Assembly (NCBI GenBank): GCA_002490635.1
Contig: DKUJ01000022.1
Location: forward strand, 7,146-71,145
DNA: 64,000 bases
Origin: Porphyromonadaceae bacterium UBA7207
Lineage (GTDB): Bacteria; Bacteroidota; Bacteroidia; Bacteroidales; Muribaculaceae
Direction of reading: 5' to 3'
Positions 57,525 through 64,000 of this stretch are shown here, one piece after another; within the stretch, counting starts at the first letter, position 1; the number at the start of each line of letters is the position of its first letter. The notes beneath the pieces are model-generated. The model was not told the origin of the DNA. It saw only the letters and a list, made by a program, of their open reading frames with translations, and did not search any database. The position numbers were made by a program, and so were the translations under genes.

Positions 57525-58304
57525 ATGACTACTGAAGAAATTATCCAACCTCAGAATAAGGTTTACTCGCGCCCGAGGCTTCTCGACGAGCGCGACACCC
57601 ACTACTGCCCGGGCTGCAGCCACGGCGTGGTGCACAAAATCATCGCCGAGCTGCTCGACGAAATGGGACTCGAGAACAAGACCGTGGGCGTTGCTCCGGT
57701 CGGTTGCGCCGTGTTCGCCTACAACTACATCGACGTCGACTGGGTCGAGGCAGCCCACGGACGCGCTCCCGCCGTTGCCACCGCCGCCAGCCGCCTGAAT
57801 CCGCAGAACCTGGTGTTCACCTATCAGGGCGACGGCGACCTCGCAGCCATCGGCACTGCCGAAACCATCCATGCGGCGAACCGCGGCGAGAACATCGCCA
57901 TGATATTCATAAACAACGGAATCTACGGCATGACCGGTGGCCAGATGGCACCCACCACACTGCTGGGCATGAAAACGGCCACCACACCATATGGCCGCAC
58001 CGCCGAGCTAAACGGCTATCCGCTGCCTATCTCCAATATTCTGGCGACACTCGACGGCACCTGCTATGTGACACGCCAGGCCGTGCACACACCCGCAGCA
58101 GTGCGCAAAACAAAGGCCGCCATCAAAAAAGCATTCGAGAACGCTCTGGCAAAACGGGGAACCTCGGTGGTGGAAGTGGTTTCCACCTGCAACTCCGGAT
58201 GGAAACTCAGCCCCGCCAAGAGCAACGAATGGATGGTGGAGCACATGTTCGAGAAATATCCTCTGGGCGACCTCAAGACTCCCTCCGAAGAACCTAAAAA
58301 CTGA
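57525..58304 (+). CDS. 2-oxoacid:ferredoxin oxidoreductase beta (TPP-binding) subunit
   Basis: YCPGCSHG, HGRAPAVAT, GDGDLAAIG, NNGIYGMTGGQ. Confidence 0.95.
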   Translation: MTTEEIIQPQNKVYSRPRLLDERDTHYCPGCSHGVVHKIIAELLDEMGLENKTVGVAPVGCAVFAYNYIDVDWVEAAHGRAPAVATAASRLNPQNLVFTYQGDGDLAAIGTAETIHAANRGENIAMIFINNGIYGMTGGQMAPTTLLGMKTATTPYGRTAELNGYPLPISNILATLDGTCYVTRQAVHTPAAVRKTKAAIKKAFENALAKRGTSVVEVVSTCNSGWKLSPAKSNEWMVEHMFEKYPLGDLKTPSEEPKN

Positions 58305-58309
58305 ACACC

Positions 58310-58846
58310 ATGAAAGAAGAAATAGTAATCGCAGGCTTCGGCGGGCAGGGTGTGCTCTCCATGGGTAAGATTCTGGCATACGCCGGCCTTATGGATGGCA
58401 AGGAAGTGACCTGGATGCCATCCTATGGCCCCGAGCAGCGAGGCGGAACGGCCAACGTGACAGTTATCGTATCCGACAATGCCATCAGCAGCCCCGTACT
58501 CGACACTTTCGACACCGCCGTGGTGCTGAACCAGCAGAGCCTCGACAAATTCGAGAGCAAGGTGAAACCCGGCGGCACTCTCATCTACGACCCCTCGGGC
58601 ATTCATCGCCTGCCTTCGCGCACCGACATCCGCGTGATTCCTGTCGATGCAATCACCGCATCCATCGAACTCAAGAACTCCAAGACCTACAATATGGTCC
58701 TTCTCGGTGCTCTTCTCAAGTGCCGGCCGATTGTAGGCATCGACGCCGTAATCCGCGGCTTGCGCAAAACCCTTCCCGAACGCCATCACCATCTCATCCC
58801 TCTCAACGAAGAAGCTCTAAGGAAGGGTATGTCGCTGGTCGACTGA
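58310..58846 (+). CDS. 2-oxoacid:ferredoxin oxidoreductase gamma subunit
   Basis: AGFGGQGVL, SYGPEQRGG, NMVLLGA. Confidence 0.95.
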   Translation: MKEEIVIAGFGGQGVLSMGKILAYAGLMDGKEVTWMPSYGPEQRGGTANVTVIVSDNAISSPVLDTFDTAVVLNQQSLDKFESKVKPGGTLIYDPSGIHRLPSRTDIRVIPVDAITASIELKNSKTYNMVLLGALLKCRPIVGIDAVIRGLRKTLPERHHHLIPLNEEALRKGMSLVD

Positions 58847-58869
58847 GATATTCCTGACCACGCGTATCG

Positions 58870-59604
58870 ATGACCGACCGCACGGCACGGCGACTCGCAA
58901 TATGCATAGTGGCAGCCACGGGATTGTTCGTGGCTGCCTTTGCTGTATTCAGACTTGCCAGCCGGCGTGAGCCGCATGTCGAGGTGGACCGGACTCTCTA
59001 TCCCGTGGCGGGGCTGGACATCTCGGCTCACAACGGGTTTGTGGACTTCGACAGCGCCGCCGCCGCAGGCATTGATTTCGTGTATCTGAAAGCCAGCGAA
59101 GGCAACACATTCCGCGACACCACTTTCCGAAGCAATTGCCGGCGTGCCCGACAGGCCGGCATGGCCGTGGGCGCCTATCACTTCTTCCGCTTCGACTGCG
59201 ACGGGCGCCGCCAGGCCATGAACCTGCTTGCCGCCACAGACTCGTGCCGGCTTACATTGCCGCTGGTAATCGACATCGAAGAGTGGGGAAACCCTGTGGA
59301 GGTGGCCACCGACGTTGTCATCGGCCGCCTGCAGACCATGGAAGCCATGCTCCGCGGCGCCGGCCACCGCGTGATGTTCTACACCAATAAGAACGGCTAC
59401 TGGCGCTTCGTGCGTCCGGCGTTCCCCGAGCCTCCACATCCTCTGTTGTGGATATGCTCCTTCACCGACCCTCCTCTGGCAGGAGGAAACTGGGCGCTGT
59501 GGCAGCACAGCCATCGGGGACGCGTGCCGGGGGTGCCGTCCGCTGCCGATCTGAACACCTTCAACGGTTCCTATGCCGAATTCCTCGAATTCCTGAATCA
59601 CTGA
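58870..59604 (+). CDS. GH25 lysozyme/muramidase with N-terminal membrane anchor
   Basis: GLDISAHNG, YLKASEG, GAYHFF, IDIE (DxE), WQHSHRG. Confidence 0.92.
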   Translation: MTDRTARRLAICIVAATGLFVAAFAVFRLASRREPHVEVDRTLYPVAGLDISAHNGFVDFDSAAAAGIDFVYLKASEGNTFRDTTFRSNCRRARQAGMAVGAYHFFRFDCDGRRQAMNLLAATDSCRLTLPLVIDIEEWGNPVEVATDVVIGRLQTMEAMLRGAGHRVMFYTNKNGYWRFVRPAFPEPPHPLLWICSFTDPPLAGGNWALWQHSHRGRVPGVPSAADLNTFNGSYAEFLEFLNH

Positions 59605-59652
59605 ACCTGACAACCCGCAATTTCATAAAACTTCTAAACAACAACTGATTCC

Positions 59653-60561
59653 ATGAAAAAACTTATTCTGAGCACCCTGGCTGTGCTCGCCGCAATGGGC
59701 TTGCATGCCCAGCTGCTGAAGGTGGAATCGATGGAACGCGTCCGCCTGCCGCAAGGCGTCCGCGCCGAGCAGGCAATACTCAGCCCCGACGGTAATTCCA
59801 TCGCCCTCTCCGACCTCGACGGCAGTCTCAAGGTTGTGGACCGCCGCAGCGGCACAGCCCGCACAATTTCCCGCACAGGCTCTATGATGGATCTCGCCTT
59901 CACCGCCGACGGCATCGTATTCCGCGAAGCCTCCACCGACGGGCAGCGCCGCCGCCATGTGGCCGTGAAATCCTACCGCCTTTCCGACGGCCGCACCACC
60001 GAACTGGTGGCTCCCTCGCGAAATCTCCAGACCGTGGCCGTAGGCTCCGATGGCTCCGTACTGGCTGTGGAATCCGGCCGCATGTATGCCGCCGGCAACG
60101 CAGTGTCGGCTGAAGCCGTACGCCCGGTTCCGAGCATCGATCACGGACTTCTGTATCTCAACTACGGCAGCACGCGCACAGCTGTGTGCCCGCTCGGCAC
60201 CGACGGCATGAGCTATCTGTGGCCATCGGTTTCGCCGGACGGCAACAGCCTGCTGTTCTTCGCCGCCGGATACGGAACCTATACCTGCAGTCTCGACGGC
60301 AGCAACCTCAGGCATCTGGGATGGCTTTACGCCCCCGTATGGTACGACAACAGCACTGTGGTGGGCATGCGCACCGCCAACAACGGCGTTGTCACCACCG
60401 AGGGCCACATCATCGCCACGGCAGCCGACGGTTCCGCCAGCCAGACACTTACCGAAGACAATCTCATCGCCGTGCTGCCATCGGCCACTCCCGGGCAGAT
60501 TTCCTTCACCACGACAGAGGGCGAAATGTATATCATGAACGTTAAAAGCATAGCCCGATGA
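59653..60561 (+). CDS. Exported TolB/WD40-like beta-propeller protein
   Basis: Signal peptide; LSPDGNSI and VSPDGNSL blade motifs. Confidence 0.8.
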   Translation: MKKLILSTLAVLAAMGLHAQLLKVESMERVRLPQGVRAEQAILSPDGNSIALSDLDGSLKVVDRRSGTARTISRTGSMMDLAFTADGIVFREASTDGQRRRHVAVKSYRLSDGRTTELVAPSRNLQTVAVGSDGSVLAVESGRMYAAGNAVSAEAVRPVPSIDHGLLYLNYGSTRTAVCPLGTDGMSYLWPSVSPDGNSLLFFAAGYGTYTCSLDGSNLRHLGWLYAPVWYDNSTVVGMRTANNGVVTTEGHIIATAADGSASQTLTEDNLIAVLPSATPGQISFTTTEGEMYIMNVKSIAR

Positions 60562-63500
60562 AAACACTCCGACTCTTTCTTGCGGGCGCTGCAGCCCTGA
60601 TGTGCGCCGCCACAGCATCTTCCGCACCCATCAATCCCGCCGAGACCGACATCGAGACCCTGCGCATCTACATCAATCCCGGCCACGGATCGTGGACCGG
60701 CGGCGACCGCGCTCTGCCTACCATCAAGCACGGCCCGTATAATTCGACTGCGCCCGACACCACCGGATTCTTCGAAAGCAACACGAATCTCTGGAAATGC
60801 CTCAGTATGGTAGACAAACTGCGCGAATACGGACTCAAATTCGACGGCACCCTCAACCAGGTCAATCCCAACCCGGCACGTCGCGGCCCGGCGCTCGACA
60901 TGCGCAACAACATCGTGATGAGCCACGTGAAACTCGGCCCGTATCCCGTAGGTTCGGGCGATGCCCACGCCTACAACCGCGACCTTTACGAGATTGCCTG
61001 CGAGGTGGAACGCAACAACTTCGACTTCTTCATTTCTGTGCACTCCAACGCCCACACCGACGGCTCCAACACCAACTACCCCGCACTGTTCGTGCGCGGT
61101 GAGAACCGTACGGCTTCGGTCGAAGGTTCCGACGATGCCTGCCGCGTGTTCTGGCCGTTCGCATTCCAGGACGAACACCAGACTTGGAGCACCTACTCCA
61201 TGACCAATCCTGCCCTCTACTACGACATCGACTTCCAGCATGGCGACTACGCCATAAACAACATCGACGGCAAGCAGTACAAGGGCTACTACGGTGTTCT
61301 GCGCCACGGCGTAATCGGCTTCCTGTGCGAAGGATACTTCCACACCTACCAGCCGGCACGCCACCGCGCCATGAACATGGACGTGTGCCGCCACGAAGGC
61401 ATCGGCTATGCCCATGGCCTGGCGGCAATCTTCGGCATTCCCACCGAAAGCTACGGCGAGCTGTACGGTATCGTGCGCGACCGCCACGAACGCTTCCGCC
61501 ATACCTATTACAACTGCTCGGCTTCGTCGTATGACGCCATGAAGCCCATCAACAACGCCGAGGTCGTTCTCTACAAGGGTGGGCAGGAAATCAGCCGATA
61601 CACCACCGACGACGAGTTCAACGGCGCTTTCGTGTTCACCGGTCTCGAACCAGGCAACGACTACACCGTGGCCGTGACTGCTCCGGGCTACAAACCCGCC
61701 CACGAGGATTTCTGCGGTCCTTTCACTGTGGAAGCGTCCAAGACCACCTATCCGCGCGTGTATCTCGAAAGCGAGGACTATGTGCCGCCGGCTGTCAGCT
61801 ACTCCGACTATCCCGATGAGGCCGCCGGTGCCGATGGCATCCTGGCCGCACCTTCCTATGCTTTCAAGCGCGTGTTCACCGACAAGACCATAACCGCACT
61901 CAAGGACAAGACCGTGCGCCGCCTCATCGTGCGCGACCGCTACATCTACGTTCTGGCTCTCGATGCAGAGAACAACCCCACCGTAGTGGTGCTCAACTCC
62001 GACAACCTCTCGCAGATAGCCCAGGTATCGACCGAAGGCTGCGAAGGCACCGAATATGCCCTCAGCGACATCCAGGTGACCAGCGACGGCCAGCTGATAG
62101 GCTGCTCCATGGAGCTCTGCCACCTCACCGATGAGGAAGTAGAGGAGGGCGAGGAACGCGGCGTATGCAACATCTACCGCTGGACCAACGACGACAACGG
62201 CGTTCCCTCCGGTGCTCCGCGCATCTGGTTCACCACAATGATGACCGGCAACCTCTTCAAGGCATGGACCGGCCAGAGCATGGCCTACACTGGCACCCTC
62301 CAGGAAGGACGCATGCTGCTGTCATCAGCCTCGTGTTACTACAACCGCAAGATATTCTTCACTATAATCGACATCGTCGACGGTGCCAAATCTTCCGAAG
62401 GCTACTCCAACAAGAGCGATGTCTGCGATTATTTCAACGTCGACGACCTGCAGGATTTCACCTTCACCATCTCGCCGCTTAGCTCGCAGAGCTTCATCGC
62501 CAACAGCACCCATGCCCTTGCCCGCCAGTACACCATCAACGACATGGCTCTGGAGACCGAACTCTCCGAAGCCATGAGCCCCAAGGCCTCCGGTCAGGCC
62601 GGATTCTTCCGCTTCGCCGGCCATTCCATGATGGTTGCCCCCGCTGTCGACGCCGACAGCAAGAACATCGGTCTGCGCCTGCTCGACATAACCGACGGCC
62701 TGGACAAAGCCCGTCTTGTGGAGACCACCAACACCGAGCTTAAGGCTTCCGAGGGAATCGCTGCCGCAGCGGGACGCACCGAGGTGGTACGCGACGAGGA
62801 AGACCGCGTCACAGCCGCCTACATGCATCTCTATATCCTGCGTCCGGGCGGCAAAATAACCCGCATGACCACCAAGGGTGTGGAACAGCCCGTGGAAATA
62901 CCCGCCTATGCATACAATCCCTCAATCGGCGAATTGTCCGGAGCGAACGGCTATAATATTTCCTTCAGCCTCACCGATGCCGCCGACGTGTTCCTGCGCC
63001 TGCGCGACAAGACCGCCGGCACCGTGGTCGACCTTGATGCCGTTAGCCTCGAGAAGGGCGAAAACAGCCTGCCTGTATACTCCAACAATATCCCCGAAGG
63101 TGAATATGAAGTCGATATCGTTGTCGACAACAAGGCTGTTGCTGGTGTTAAGGAGCTGTTCCGTAACGAAATAGAAAGCTCTGGTGTGGCTGTGGACTGC
63201 AATCCCGCCTCACCGTTCTTCGGCAACGCATACTTCACCATCAAGGCCGGTGAACGCGGCGTGATGCAGTACGACCCCATGTTCACTCCCGCCACCGAAG
63301 CTCCCTACCAGAGCGGAGGATGGGACCTCAGCATCGGCGGCTCCTGCTTCCGTGCCAGCACATTGGCCGACGGCACACTGCTGGTATCCGACTTCGGCGA
63401 CAAGCAGGGCGGCATATACGTAATCGACCCCGCCAACCCCTCCACACCCCGCTATTCGATGTTCGAAGGAACACAGAATCCTGCCAGCGGTGAATGGACC

Positions 63501-64000
63501 AACGCACAGGGGCAGGTTATCGGCGGCTCCACCTCCGACATGTGCGCCTTGGGTAGCGGAGAGAACCAGGTTCTCTACTCCTTCCAGGAGGACTATCCCT
63601 CCGACTACTCGCTCAGCATGGTAAGCTACAACATCGGCACCGCGCACACCATCTCCACAGTACCCGATGCCACGTATCCCGAGCTGAGCCGCTATCTGCT
63701 CAACGGCAACGTAAACGTCGTAGCCCGTCCGCAGGCATTGTTCCTGAGCCAGACCCGCGGCAGCGGCAACAACACCGCCAATGTTCCCGTGGTGCTCATC
63801 GCCGACTACGACCAGAACATTCTCTTCAACTCCGGTAACGACTGGGAGACCCTCGGCGGCGGCGACGGCGCTCTGGCTGTCAATGCCGACGCCACACTGA
63901 TGGCCGTTACCGACGTGGCGCAGAATGTGCATATCATGCGACTGAACTGGGAGGCCGGTTTCAAAGCCGAACACATCTATTCCTTCCCACTGGGCTCCGA
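60558..64000 (+). CDS. Large secreted N-acetylmuramoyl-L-alanine amidase (Amidase_3) followed by Ig-like and beta-rich domains; truncated at window end
   Basis: My translation from ATG 60558: MKTLRLFLAGAAALMC...IYINPGHG, FFESNTNL, FISVHSNA, FLCEGYFH (Zn ligands and catalytic Glu). The same frame reads as sense codons at the window end (FKAEHIYSFPLGS); only both ends were checked. Confidence 0.88.
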   Translation, partial: MKTLRLFLAGAAALMCAATASSAPINPAETDIETLRIYINPGHGSWTGGDRALPTIKHGPYNSTAPDTTGFFESNTNLWKCLSMVDKLREYGLKFDGTLNQVNPNPARRGPALDMRNNIVMSHVKLGPYPVGSGDAHAYNRDLYEIACEVERNNFDFFISVHSNAHTDGSNTNYPALFVRGENRTASVEGSDDACRVFWPFAFQDEHQTWSTYSMTNPALYYDIDFQHGDYAINNIDGKQYKGYYGVLRHGVIGFLCEGYFHTYQPARHRAMNMDVCRHEGIGYAHGLAAIFGIPTESYGELYGIVRDRHERFRHTYYNCSASSYDAMKPINNAEVVLYKGGQEISRYTTDDEFNGAFVFTGLEPGNDYTVAVTAPGYKPAHEDFCGPFTVEASKTTYPRVYLESEDYVPPAVSYSDYPDEAAGADGILAAPSYAFKRVFTDKTITALKDKTVRRLIVRDRYIYVLALDAENNPTVVVLNSDNLSQIAQVSTEGCEGTEYALSDIQVTSDGQLIGCSMELCHLTDEEVEEGEERGVCNIYRWTNDDNGVPSGAPRIWFTTMMTGNLFKAWTGQSMAYTGTLQEGRMLLSSASCYYNRKIFFTIIDIVDGAKSSEGYSNKSDVCDYFNVDDLQDFTFTISPLSSQSFIANSTHALARQYTINDMALETELSEAMSPKASGQAGFFRFAGHSMMVAPAVDADSKNIGLRLLDITDGLDKARLVETTNTELKASEGIAAAAGRTEVVRDEEDRVTAAYMHLYILRPGGKITRMTTKGVEQPVEIPAYAYNPSIGELSGANGYNISFSLTDAADVFLRLRDKTAGTVVDLDAVSLEKGENSLPVYSNNIPEGEYEVDIVVDNKAVAGVKELFRNEIESSGVAVDCNPASPFFGNAYFTIKAGERGVMQYDPMFTPATEAPYQSGGWDLSIGGSCFRASTLADGTLLVSDFGDKQGGIYVIDPANPSTPRYSMFEGTQNPASGEWTNAQGQVIGGSTSDMCALGSGENQVLYSFQEDYPSDYSLSMVSYNIGTAHTISTVPDATYPELSRYLLNGNVNVVARPQALFLSQTRGSGNNTANVPVVLIADYDQNILFNSGNDWETLGGGDGALAVNADATLMAVTDVAQNVHIMRLNWEAGFKAEHIYSFPLGS

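Overview
Chromosomal window from a GC-rich Bacteroidales bacterium, probably Muribaculaceae-like. This is inferred from TAnnTTTG promoters, short T9SS-type C-terminal domains and the tmRNA tag GENNYALAA. Most of it is core genome: secG/lptE/sigma54-activator operon, secDF, pyrF-prfA, hemD-rnpA-yidD-tatD-cobW, LPS glycosyltransferases and kinase, carboxynorspermidine dehydrogenase, ybeY-mnmG-apt, phoH-purC-menG, gadB-glsA-gadC, ssrA and a four-gene 2-oxoacid:ferredoxin oxidoreductase. Both ends carry secreted putative peptidoglycan hydrolases (GHL10, GH25, Amidase_3). The strongest unexplained signal is the ~1.1-kb AT-rich intergenic region at ~11.0-12.1 kb. It is a diverged tandem duplication (offset 523-524 bp) rich in DnaA-box-like 9-mers. 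Each unit begins with a convergent box-GC-(TAT)n / AT-rich / (ATA)n-GC-box cassette resembling the DnaA-box plus DnaA-trio unwinding module, which suggests a doubled oriC with no dnaA in the window. A near-perfect parS lies 27 kb away, next to mnmG. Other oddities: an 812-codon outer-membrane beta-barrel gene broken by one in-frame TAG; a hairpin element bracketed by a duplicated promoter -7 box; a 21-21-21 bp inverted repeat upstream of the GABA operon; and an AT-richer secreted-protein/TPR-LuxR pair beside ssrA. No CRISPR array, tRNA, rRNA, integrase or transposase was seen.
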